From Eukaryota sp. TZLM1-RC (lineage: Eukaryota > Protista > Metamonada: BaSk clade): a stretch of 64,000 nucleotides of DNA. The notes beneath the pieces were generated by a model. That model was given only the letters and a program-made list of their open reading frames with translations. It did not search any database and had not been told where the DNA came from. Both the position numbers and the translations under genes were made by a program. Numbering within the stretch: the stretch's first letter is position 1; the number at the start of each line of letters is the position of its first letter. The stretch lies in contig JAUPSS010000011.1 of NCBI GenBank assembly GCA_040285825.1, positions 1,065,658 to 1,129,657 on the forward strand, read 5' to 3'. Shown here piece after piece: positions 35,151 through 46,655 of this stretch.

Positions 35151-35244
35151 GTCGGTGATTCGCCGCGAATAAAGTGGCGGGTGCAGACGTATTGTGTGTG
35201 TTAAGGAGTTCAGGTGTGGATGGCTTAAAAACTTTGTGAAGGAT

Positions 35245-35440
35245 GAATTTTTTTATTTATTGTTTCTCAGTATCTTTTAATCAATAACAAATATGAAAAC
35301 ATCCACATCCTCAAAACCTGCATCCCCTGCATCAAAATTTTCAACTGCCAAAGATTCGGGAAACTTCCCAAAAGAAGATTCTGGATCAGAAGTTAGTTTC
35401 AACATTCCCTTAAAAATAGAAAATACAATCCTGTTTTTTG
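35245..35440 (-). mobile_element. Diverged family C-like extreme 3' end with A-tail
   Basis: Reverse complement reads NRIVFSIFRGM...GDAGFEDV, then the 3' UTR and an A-run. Confidence 0.75.
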
Positions 35441-35466
35441 AGCATTAGATGAGTTAGTGCTTTAGT

Positions 35467-36312
35467 AACTCAAGTTCCCTCTGTTTATGGACTTTTGTTA
35501 AAAGACAATGAATGGCTTCTAAACATGCGTTTTCGTTGTTTTCTGTGGCCAAACAATTTGCCCAATCATTTAACTTGTAAATGTGGTAAACCTCTTTTGT
35601 TTACTCATCTTTTGAACTGTAAACATTTCATTACGTTTAGAAGCAAAGTGCATAATAACGTCAGGGACCAAATTTATGTAATGTGCAAATCATATCGAGT
35701 AGATTCCTTTTTAGAACCGCTGTTATCAAAATTAATTCTTGATGATCCCAATATTGATAGTACACGTTACAACAGAGCTTCTATGGGTCTGACTAGAGGT
35801 GATCTAGTTGTTCCTGGTTTAAATGGTAGTTTTACTATTTTGGACGCCATGTCTATTGACCCTTGTAATTCCTCTAACGTACATTTCATTAACTCGGATG
35901 TAAATAATCCTCTTCTTGCAGCCGAAAAACATAAAATTGCTAAATATGCGAAACCCATTTCCTCGGTTAATGAAAATTCTCATGCCCGATATAATTTATG
36001 TCCATTTGTTTTTTCTTTGCTTGGATCTCTAGGTAAGGCTGCTATGGCTTTCCTTGAGGATTTTGTTGTAGTTGTAAAGGAATGAACTGGAAGAATTTTC
36101 AATCGTGTTTACTGGCAAAACAGGATTGTATTTTCTATTTTTAAGGGAATGGTAACACTAATTTCTGATTCACTATCTTCTTTTGGGAAATTTTCTGAAT
36201 CTTTAGCGATTAATTGTTTTGATGTAGGGGAGGCAGGTTTTGAGGATGTGGAGTTTTAATTGTGTATTTCATATTTGTTGTTGAATAAAAATATATACTA
36301 GTTTAAAAAAAA
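35467..36312 (+). mobile_element. Family C 3' end (CCHC + RLE), one premature TGA, A-tail
   Basis: Same motifs as 28154-28945; A-run at 36305-36312. Confidence 0.9.
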
Positions 36313-36344
36313 TAAAGACATTATTGAAACAATTAAACATAAAA

Positions 36345-38190
36345 TGGTTGATATGTGTAATTAAATTTCACATGAATTAACCAATGGTGGACAAAACAAA
36401 ATTTACTTTGGACAGTATTCTATTAATGATTTTGAAAATAATGGATTGTTTGTTGATGGTGAATTTAATGATATTGTTGGATGTCATCCATTTAATGAAT
36501 TATTGCCATGGATGGTAATGAATTTATCATATTCTGCATCATTACAATCACATAATGGTTGTATTCCTAGAATGGATGATAGAATGTTGTCAGAGATGCA
36601 AATGAATGTTTATGATACAAATTTATCATTGTCACAAATTTCAATGATTCGTCATGGTGAAATTAGCAGACAAACACTAGATACTTATCCATTCCAAGTT
36701 GCATTTGGAAAGAAATTAGAAAAAATTCTTGCATATAAAATTCCATCTTTTGAGGAATATCGTCTCAATACAGCACTCATGTTGAGATGGATGTCACTGG
36801 GTTCTTTTTATGTTGACAAGACTACTTTAAATTCATTGATGGGTGGTAAGGGATTATCTGGTGGATCAGAACAATTAAAACGAATGGTAAAATCCAATCA
36901 ATGTGTTGTTTTTAATGAGGGAAAATATGAATGGTATAACAAATATAACAATACAATTGAAACGGATAGAAATGATGATAACCATAGAAATTATAATGAA
37001 AAATGGAGACATGATTTGTTGGTATTTAATTTTAATCGTTTAAGATCTTATGCATCAAATGAAATGGAAGAGGGAACTAAAATTGTTGAAATGATTAATG
37101 AAACTGTTGGTAATCTCATTGGTATTTCCAGATCTGAATCTGAATCTGATGATGCAGAAATCGAATCAGAAACAGATCCAAAAAGAGAAAATAATTATTA
37201 TGATTTTATCAATAAATATAATGAGAACATTTATGATCTAAGAACAGATGATTTCAGTAAAATGTTGATTTTGAAATCTACAGAATTATTATTAGAAAAC
37301 CAATCACAAATCCTGTGAGTGAAATTGGAATTTCAAAAGGAGAATTTACAAAATATAAAAAACCATGACCTAGCAAGGTTATTTGGTTGTATTATATTAA
37401 ACCTAATACTAAAAACACAAGGTTTACAAATGAAGATTATGGAGTTGGAGTTCCTAGTGGTCCAGTCAAACATAGTATTGACAATTTTAAAACAATTCTT
37501 AATAAAACTGTTCATGAAGCAATTAAAAGAGTTATTTCATCTAGTGATTTAGATCCACTTAGTCGTTCAGCTCCATCTAGTCATCCAAGTCCACCTGCTT
37601 ATTCAAATTTGTTTGGTGATTCAAGTGTACCATCAATTACAAATATTGAAGCTGCTTTTAATGAAATAAAAAGAGCACAACGTAATAATGAAATTGACAT
37701 TCAACAAATTTTAAATAATTTAAGTGATGTAATTGGACGATATTATACATCTGAACATTATACTGCAGTTGTTAATGATTTAAAAGATAGTAATGCTAGA
37801 CTTGAAGAAATGAAAAGAGAATTAGAGGTGAAAGAACAAGATTTAGAAAATTTAAGAAACCAATATAAAAACCTTAGAAGCGAAAAAAATGTTTCCAGAG
37901 AAGAATACGAAAAAATTGGAAAAAATATAAAAATTTTACAAACTGAGTATGAAAGACAAATTTCAAAGCATGAAAAATTAAAAAATCAACATGATGAGAT
38001 AAATAAAAGAAAAGAAGAATTAGAAGAAATTGTACATAAACAGGATACTTTTACTAAGCTTTTACAATTTGATCTAGAGCAATTACAAATTCAATTAAAA
38101 GCTTCACATGAGAATAATCAAGCATTAAATAATGAGTTAGAACAAAAACACAAGTTAATGGAATTACTTCAAGAAAATCATCTCTTAAAG
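36345..38190 (+). pseudogene. Large unknown intronless AT-rich ORF (frameshift ~37270, stop ~37367) ending in coiled coil; possibly viral
   Basis: ORFs 36446-37318 and 37387-38190 join after a 1 bp deletion, inferred from the paralog at 25450 (MLIDEIYRI). Cut off by a family B fragment. Confidence 0.6.
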
Positions 38191-38648
38191 AGATGTTCAA
38201 GTGTTACAATTTTAGGTGCAAAGTAGAACCGTTGTTGAAGCATTATAGCGATAATAATCTATTTAATTCATGTCGAGGTGATTTAATTGCTCCTTTTGTG
38301 GAGTCCTCCCAAGTTGTTGTTGATTTCACTACAGTTGAAACCTTCGCTTTTATTTATCGTGATGATGTTTTACTTAGTACTAATGGTCATTTAAACAAGG
38401 CTGAAGATCGTAAGAAGGATAAATATACTGAGATATTAAATGATTTTAATAAGAATCATTACTCAAAGTTTTCGTTTGTTCCATTTGCCTTTTCTATTTT
38501 TGTCAACATTGGACAGTTCGCCTTGCATTTTATCAATGATTTTGGTAATTTGTGTCGTTCAAGTGGTAACAATTTTCGCTGTGTACAGAAGCGCTCCCAA
38601 ATAATTTTGTTTCTTATGTGCTTTAGTTTGATTTGATTCTGGGTAGAA
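38190..38648 (+). mobile_element. Family B-del 3' end
   Basis: Near-identical to 27663-28120. Confidence 0.9.
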
Positions 38649-38699
38649 TCGGAGAATTTAAATTATTTTTTATATAATTTTCAAATTTATTTGATATTT

Positions 38700-40135
38700 T
38701 AACATATTTTCCATCGAGTAATTTAATCATATTTTTTGATATCTCCATTTTTTCATTAAATGAGTGGATTGGTGATGTGAATTTTATCCGACCAAAACCC
38801 CTTAAATATACTTTGTTATTTTTTTATGAAAATGACTTACCATTCAACCCAATCATTGCCAAAAAGTATGACAATGATAGTGGTGGTATTGTATGAGGTT
38901 TATAATTTTCAACAATTAGTTTTTCATAATATGTAAAGTGTGGTGAAAATTTCACACAATATATTTTTTCCATACGTCTTGCGAAAAATCTAATTAATAA
39001 ACCTCTATAAAAAACTCTCTTTTGTTTTTGATTCATTATTTATAAAAAAATCATTTTTAATAATCACATTGTCTTTAATACCAAACTTTTACCAATTCAA
39101 TAAAATCATCTCTATCTATTTCTCCATTATAATTTTTTATATAATCTACTACATAGAGTATATTCTCATCAATTAAATAAATATTTGGTTCGTCTTTTTA
39201 TATGATTACCAATTTTAGTAAGAAATGAAATTGGTTTTGTATTTTCTTTCAACAAAGTTTCAAATCCAGTTGATGCAACTTTTCTCACCCAAGATTTACT
39301 ATAAGTTTGTGGGGGTTCAATAGTAAGTTGTAAAATAGCTTCAGGAAAATATTTTGCTTTGAAATACAAATATTCATATTTACAAATCCCACCATTATAT
39401 TCATCGAGATATCTTTCTTCCAAATCTTTATTGATACTAACAAAAGAATTCTTTTCCTGGATCGGAAATCATCATGGTATTTATAAGTAAACAATTATAA
39501 TAATAATCTCCAAAATCTATTTCGATTTGTTGTGGTTTGATATATTCTACAGGAATTTTTCTTAATATATAATATAAATCATCTCCTTCATATAATGATT
39601 TTTTTCAATATTTTTGTGATAAATTCATCATCACAAATTGAAACATCAACCAATTTAAAATATTCTAAATCTTCGAGAACAATATCTTGTAGTTTTTTTA
39701 ATTGGGTTTTCCATTTTTGAATAAATTCATTTTTATATCGTAAAATTTTCAATTTTTGTTTAATATCTAATTACATTCGTCTATTTTTCCATCCATCTCT
39801 AAATTTATAAAAAGTGTGCACAATTATTACTTCAATATTTTTAAACTTGAAATCTTTAGGACTATATGATATTGTTTTTAATTTAGAGTAATGTAACTCA
39901 AATACTATTCGAAATTGTTCCAATAATTTAAAATTGGTAATCAAATCTAAAATATCATTTGTTTCATCTATTCTTAAAATTGGTTTGTTGGAAAAATATG
40001 AGTGATAATAATCATCAAATTTTACAATTAATTTTTTAATCATATAATGTGTATTGTCTCTTATAAACCATTTAACCATAAACATTGGTGGTACCACAGA
40101 TGGTGCATGTCTCACAAATAATTCACTAAAATGCT
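38700..40135 (-). other. Cluster of short, closely packed, very AT-rich unknown ORFs, some broken; virus-like
   Basis: ORFs 38824-39036, 39169-39494 and 39771-40135 on one strand, rich in Y/K/I/N, no introns seen. Confidence 0.4.
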
Positions 40136-40140
40136 GATTA

Positions 40141-40314
40141 CTGTTATCTAACGCCGAAAAAAGAAGATAAAAAAATATGAAGAACCTTTGGCACAATTAG
40201 GTAGAGTGGAACATGTGAAATATCAGTTTGTGCCGTTTGCAATTTCTCATTTTGGCAATATTGGACCTTCAGGGTTGCACTTTTTTGAAAATTTTAAAAA
40301 AGTGTTACTGAATA
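40141..40314 (+). mobile_element. Family A internal RLE fragment
   Basis: Matches 45110-45280. Confidence 0.85.
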
Positions 40315-40698
40315 GTTTGTTTGGAATTGTGTTAAATTCCAGGAACTTCACCAGTGAGATCGTGAAAGATTGTGAGAGATTGTAGAAAACTAATGAAACT
40401 TTTTGTAAAGTTTCATTAAAACTATACTTTAAAACTAATGAAAGGAATTACTGTCGTAACACAACTCAGACATTATGTAAACAATGAATTTTACATGTTT
40501 GACATTAAGAGATATCCTTTTTGATCAGGTTTTCTACTAGCTTTTATTTCAAGAATGTCTCGTTCTCCACAACTAGGACGTTTCTACTCAAACCATCAAG
40601 GTGACTTCAAGACCAAAAAATCCCGTCAATTTGTGACATCAGAACTGCCATGACTTCACCTAGAAGACAAAATCAAAATCAAACTGTATTCTAAAACA

Positions 40699-40998
40699 AT
40701 GAGAGATGCACCAGAACGTCTGAACAAAATGATTTTATGTGAAGAAGATACAACAGATGCAGTTCACTTTAAATGTCGTCAACTGAGTGCCTTTCCATGG
40801 AAGGTAGAACACCATAAAGCATCAGCAAGCAGAACTACAGAGGAAGTGGTCGAGCTATGGGAACCTAGCTATCAAGAAGTTAGGTTTGTTGAGGATCATG
40901 AAGAGGTGTTAAGTGTTGGAGAAAAAGGAAAGATCATTGAAGAATATGACTCTGAACTAGAAGAACAGTCTTTTGAAGAAGCAGCTGGTATTTCTTGA
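40699..40998 (+). CDS. Hypothetical acidic small protein or remnant
   Basis: 99 aa ORF with host-like codon usage, no recognised motif. Confidence 0.3.
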   Translation: MRDAPERLNKMILCEEDTTDAVHFKCRQLSAFPWKVEHHKASASRTTEEVVELWEPSYQEVRFVEDHEEVLSVGEKGKIIEEYDSELEEQSFEEAAGIS

Positions 40999-41289
40999 AA
41001 ACCATTCTCATCAGTGATTTTGACTGTATTATGATGCTTAATAGAACAAATGACATGGAATTTTAGTATAAAGGATCATGGATTGAGTCTATTTTTGATG
41101 GTTACTGAAGCAATTATTTTATAAAAGTAATTGAGGGAATGCTTTTCATTATCTTTTGATATATAATTTTTGAACACAAATGGTCTTTTAAAAATCTTCA
41201 TAGATATTGAGACTTTTTCTCTAGTAATCAAGAGAGAAACAATAATATAATAAAAAATAAATAAATAATAGAAAAAAAAGTTAAATCGA

Positions 41290-42715
41290 TTCTGTCAGGT
41301 ATTTTGGAAAAAATCGAAGAGCAACTTTTGGTTATTCAAGATTTAAAAATTGACAAACATTTAGCGTTTTCGGTCCTAAATGTGTGTTTTGGATCAAAAA
41401 TTAATCATCTTCTTCGTTCTTTATCTCCCACAATTTCTCATGATTTTGCACGTCAATTCAATTCTTTGAGAACAAATTTCTTAGGAAATTTAGTAGAAGT
41501 TTGTCCATCTAAAATTCCTTATCATGCATTTTTTAGTCCTAAATTTGGTGAAGTTGGTTTTTCAAAAGCAGAGTATTTATGCAAAAGTGCTTTTATTGGT
41601 GGTATGAAAAATTTTTCTTTTTGAATGGAAACATCGTTTTGAACATATTCCTTTAAATGAATCACATCCTTTATTAATTTCTCTTGAAAAAATGGTGCAA
41701 GAACTACCTGTTGATGTTTGGAATAGGAGTTTTCCTTCAAGTTTGCCTGCTGTGCCTTCGAGATCTTTCACCAATCTTCATCTTGCTGTTGTGAAATTAC
41801 AGAAGTCTGTTCTTATTGGTTTTGAAGACCTGGATTTTTCTAAACGACTTAGTGTGACTAAGATTAATAATCCCGTCTTTGCTGCCTTTTTATCAGACAT
41901 TCAGAACTGTACTAGTTTAATATCTCAGCAACCAAGGCCATTTGGTCTTCACTTAACAAATGAAGCTTGGAAACAAAACATGCGGTTGAGATTAGGGATG
42001 TATCCAATTGGTCTTTTGGATAATTCTTATTGTATTTGTAACAAAAAACCTACAGCCAATTTCCGTCATATTGTGAGCTGTAGAAAATTTCTCCAATATA
42101 GGTCAGTTCTTCATAATGCCATTCGTGATGTGACATATGAAATGTTTAAGTGTTGCAATTTTAGTTGCAAAGTAGAACCTTTGTTGAAGCATTATAGTGA
42201 TGATAATCTATTTAATTCATGTCGAGGTGATTCAATTGCTCCTTTTGTAGAGTCCTCCCATGTTGTTGTTGATTTCACTACAGTTGATCCCTTTGCTTTG
42301 GTTTATCGTGATGAAGTTTTACTTAGTACTAATGGTCATTTAAACAAGGCTGAAAATCGTAAGAGAGATAAATATACTGATATATTAAATGATTTAAATA
42401 AGAACCTTTATTCAAAGTTTTCGTTTGTTCTTTTTGCCTTTTCGATTTTTGGCAACATTGGACAATCTGACTTGAATTTCATCAATGATTTTGGTAATTT
42501 ATGTCGTTCAAGTGGTAAGAATTTTGCAGAAAATTTATGGAAAAATCGTATCATTTTCGCTTTGTACAGAAGTGTTCCCAAGTACTTGAGTTTAATGATG
42601 TCCAAACTTTATAAGGATTCATCAAGAGTTGGCGTGGAGAATTTAGTTTCTTATGTGTTTTAGTTTTTTTTATTTGATTCTTCGTAGAAAATGATAAAAT
42701 AATAATAATAGAAAA
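41290..42715 (+). mobile_element. Family B 3' half (RT thumb, CCHC, RLE)
   Basis: KINHLLRS, KSAFIGG, MRLRLG, CIC...HIVSC, HNAIRD, VVDFTTVD, KRDKY. Confidence 0.9.
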
Positions 42716-43332
42716 AAGACAGAAAATAAAAATTTCTTTTACAAAAAATAGGAAAAGGACAAATTTTTAATGAATGTATATAATCAAATAAATTCGAGAT
42801 AACCACAACACAAGTTAATGGTTCTGGAGATGATTAATCGTATCTTCATCACAATAAACTATTTCATTAACCAAATAATCAAATACATACACATATAAAA
42901 ATGGCTTTGGAAAATCAAATAAAAGCAAAATAAATTAAGGGTAATAGATTCATAGTTCACACATTTTAGAGAATGCAAATATGATGGATTTTGTACAATT
43001 CATTGTATCACATGATTAATTTAGAGGTAACTGAACGGTTTTACAAGCTCAGTACTTCAGAGATGAGCTCAGAGTTGATTTCAAATCATCTCTATGATTC
43101 AAGAAATATTGTTTGGTTATTGTGATTGATAAACTTATTTTACAATTTTGCATCGTATTATTGTCTTTGTACATATTATCCTCAAATTATAAAAATTAAA
43201 TAAAAAAATAATATGAAAATTAATAAATGATATAAAAGCTAATTATAATCCTCATCCTTCAAATGCTGTTACAGTTGACACTAAAATTTCTGCCGATACT
43301 ATTTACCAAGGATCATGATGTAGATATATTAG

Positions 43333-44111
43333 TTGTTTCACTTTCAACCAAAGTTTTCCAGATTTATCAAAGGTCACCCACTCGATTGTTGGCACAATGA
43401 CTTTCAACTACTTGTGACTCTTGACACCAAGGAGTTGAAACCTATTTCAAGATACCTTGAAACTTTATTGAAAATTTTACAGTTCTCAACTGTGTGTGTT
43501 TGTTATGAACAAATCACTCGTTACTGAGTACCGCTCCCTACAATCAAACCAACAGTTCTTCACAGTTTCTCTTGTTGATAACAACATCTACCTTTGGAGA
43601 GTTGTGATCAAGACCTGTTGCTTTGATTCGAGTTCACCACTGTATCAACATCTGTCATCAACTGGTACTCAAGGTGTGCTTCTAGAGCTTAAGTTTATTC
43701 AGTCCTACACATCAGTCACTCGATCCCCGCCCTGGTGTCGTATCATTTCTCCAAAGCTATCTGGTGGAGGCATTTACCAAGGATCTGTTTGGTGGGAATG
43801 ATTTTATGACACAAACAGAACAGTGGAATACAACATGGAAAACTTACTGGTTGAGTTTGCTCATGTGTTGAGTGTTGAGTGGAGAGCAACTTTCAATGGT
43901 ATGGCAGAATGGTCAGTGCAAGAAGCCAAGAAAGGAGAACAGTTCATACTTGGTGCTCACACAGACTGGAAACAAACAGCCTTTGTGTAGTGTTAATACA
44001 GGAAGTTGGGATAAGGTTTTTGTTTCATCAAATATGTTATTGACTAATAATGCGAGTAGTGAGTCTGCCATTGATGAAATGTCACAAACTTACTCAATTT
44101 GTGAAAAGTAA
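43333..44111 (+). pseudogene. UBE2Q-like ubiquitin-conjugating enzyme pseudogene (catalytic Cys lost, stop)
   Basis: VSLVDNNIYLWRV, GVLLELKF, SPPWCRIISP, GSVWWE*. Confidence 0.7.
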
Positions 44112-44639
44112 CTTTGAAGGCTTGTCGAATCAACTTATGCTCTAAGACTTTATGTGCAATTTTACATTACACGTCTACAACCTGGTGGTTGAGGTGTATT
44201 TAAAATTTCGTCAATAGTAAAATCAATCGATTATTTTGGAGCTGCAAGGTAGCGTTGGTGACAACTAGAAAGTTGTTTAGATAGATTTGCCAACTTGTTT
44301 TTCTTAATGTGGATGAACCAAATTTGAAGAGAAATCTTGCTAGATTACACAATTTTCAAAACACAGTTTGCTACACAGTTTGAAATACAGTGTGAGTCAT
44401 TAAATGATGACTTGACAACAATAAAAGAAATATCGTGTAATTGGTCAACACAGTGGTGATCACATGTCCTGGTTGAATCAAATTGTTTAGGCATATTGGT
44501 ATTTCATTGTTTTCAATAGCCTTGTATGAATTGTTGCTTTTCGTTTCACATAGTAATATAGAATAACTGATATCTTAATACCGTGTTAATAGGGCTTTCT
44601 GATGAAAAGTATATTGAGTATTTAATCAACAACAACTTT

Positions 44640-45497
44640 GTTTTGCAAACTTTTTGATTGATCTTGAAGACAGTTGCTCAAGTTGCCTAATCTCCCAAAT
44701 TCCCAACATTTATGGCATTCTTCTTAATGATCACCAATGGACCACTGCAATGAGAATGAGATGTTTTCTATGGCCTTGTTCATTACCAAATGATTTAATT
44801 TGTCGCTGCAAGAGTGTTGTTACGCTTTCCCATATTTTAAACTGTAGGTATTTTATAACTTATCGCTCAATTGTTCATGACTCAGTTCGTGATCAATTAT
44901 ATGCCATGTGCAAAAGTTTCAATATAGAGGCATTTATTGAGCCACTAGTACGTAAGCTGTCTTCAGATCAAATTGATGATCCCTTGGGTAAAAGGAGGGC
45001 AGATTAAGTAGCTCCAGGGATCGATGGTGTTCTCAATGTTGTAGATGTTGTCTCAGTTGATGTTTGCAAAAATTCTGCTGCTCGTTTAGTGTATTCCGCC
45101 CATTCGCCGCTGTCTAACGCCGAAAAAAAGAAGATAAAAAATATGAAGAACCTTTGGCACAATTAGGTAGAGTGGAACATGTGAAATATCAGTTTGTGCC
45201 GTTTGCAATTTCTCATTTTGGCAATATTGGACCTTCAGGGTTGCACTTTTTTGAAAATTTTAAAAAAGTGTTACTGAATAGGTCTGGTAAAACAATGAAC
45301 TCCACTTTCTGGTTAAATAGAATTGTTTTTTGCTTTTTCAAGTCTATTCCAACAATGATGTCAAAGGCACTTTTAGCTATTGGTGTAGAATATGAACGTC
45401 ATGCTGTGAGTAGGTTCAGTAATAGTGACGCTTGTTTGGAGGATCTTGAATTCAAGATGGGTTTTTTATCTCAATATATATTCCAGTTTTAAAAAAA
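44640..45497 (+). mobile_element. Family A 3' end
   Basis: CRC...HILNC, HDSVRD, RRAD*, 3' UTR and A-run. Confidence 0.9.
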
Positions 45498-45634
45498 TCA
45501 ACAACAAATTATCAAAAGCATTCCTGGCAATTGTTTGGATCAATCCAGACAATCTAAATGACTTCACATTCCAAATATTGAATGAATTGACTTTGTGTAG
45601 TTCGTGAAGAGGGTGATGGGTAAATATCCTTTTC

Positions 45635-46655
45635 ATGTATGAAAAATTTACTGTTTGAGTGACAACTTCGTTTTGATCATATTCCTTTGAATGAATCACA
45701 TCCTTCATTAATTTTTCCTGAATACATAGTGCAGGAACTACCTGTTGATGTGTGGAATAGGAGTATTCCTTCATGTTTGCCTTCTGTACCTTCGAGATCT
45801 TTTACCAATGTTCATCTTGCTGTTGTGAAAATACAGAAGTCTGTTCTAATGGGTTTTGAAGACCTAGATTTTTTGAACGACTTAGTATGACTATGATTAA
45901 TAATCCGTCTTTGCTGCCTTTTTATCAGACATTCAGAACTGTACTAGTTTAATATCTCAGCAACCAAGGCCATTTGGTCTTCGCTTAACAAATGAAGCAT
46001 GGAAACAAAACATGCGGTTGAGATTAGGGATGTATCCAAGTGGTCTTTTGGATAATTCTTATTGCATTTGTAACAAAAAACCTACTGCCAATTTCCGTCA
46101 TATTGTGAGCTGTAGAAAATTTCTCCAATATAGGTCAGGTCATTTCTTCATAATGCAGTTTGTGATGTGGCATATGAGATGTTTAAGTGTTACAATTTTA
46201 GGTGCAAAGTAGAACCGTTGTTGAAGCATTATAGCGATAATAATCTATTTAATTCATGTCGGGGTGATTCAATTGCTCCTTTTCTGGAGTCCTCCCAAGT
46301 TGTTGTTGATTTCACTACAGTTGAAACCTTCGCTTTTATTTATCGTGATGATGTTTTACCTAGTGCTAATGGTCATTTAAACAAGGCTGAAGATCGTAAA
46401 AAGGATAAATATACTGAGATATTAAATGATTTAAATAAGAATCATTACTCAAAGTTTTCGTTTGTTCCATTTGCCTTTTCTATTTTTGTCAACATTGGAC
46501 AGTTCGCCTTGCATTTTATCAATGATTTTGGAAATTTGTGTCGTTCAAGTGGTAACAATTTTCGCTGTGTACAGAAGCGCTCCCAAATAATTTTGTTTCA
46601 TTTGTGCTTTAGTTTGATTTGATTCTGGGTAGAAAATCAATATTGTTGTTAAAAA
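45635..46655 (+). mobile_element. Family B-del 3' half, running into the tandem array
   Basis: Matches 27120-28142. Confidence 0.9.

Larger units (their letters stand above)
41114..46330 (+). repeat. Segmental duplication copy 1 (family B, UBC pseudogene, family A 3' end, B-del)
   Basis: Collinear high identity with 58905-64000, starting TTATTTTATAAAAGTAATTGAGGGAATGC. Confidence 0.92.

Noticed and set aside
40391-40418. 12 bp perfect hairpin TAATGAAACTTT/AAAGTTTCATTA as a regulatory element or Helitron end
   Set aside because: AT-only stem with no CTRR terminus or other supporting context.
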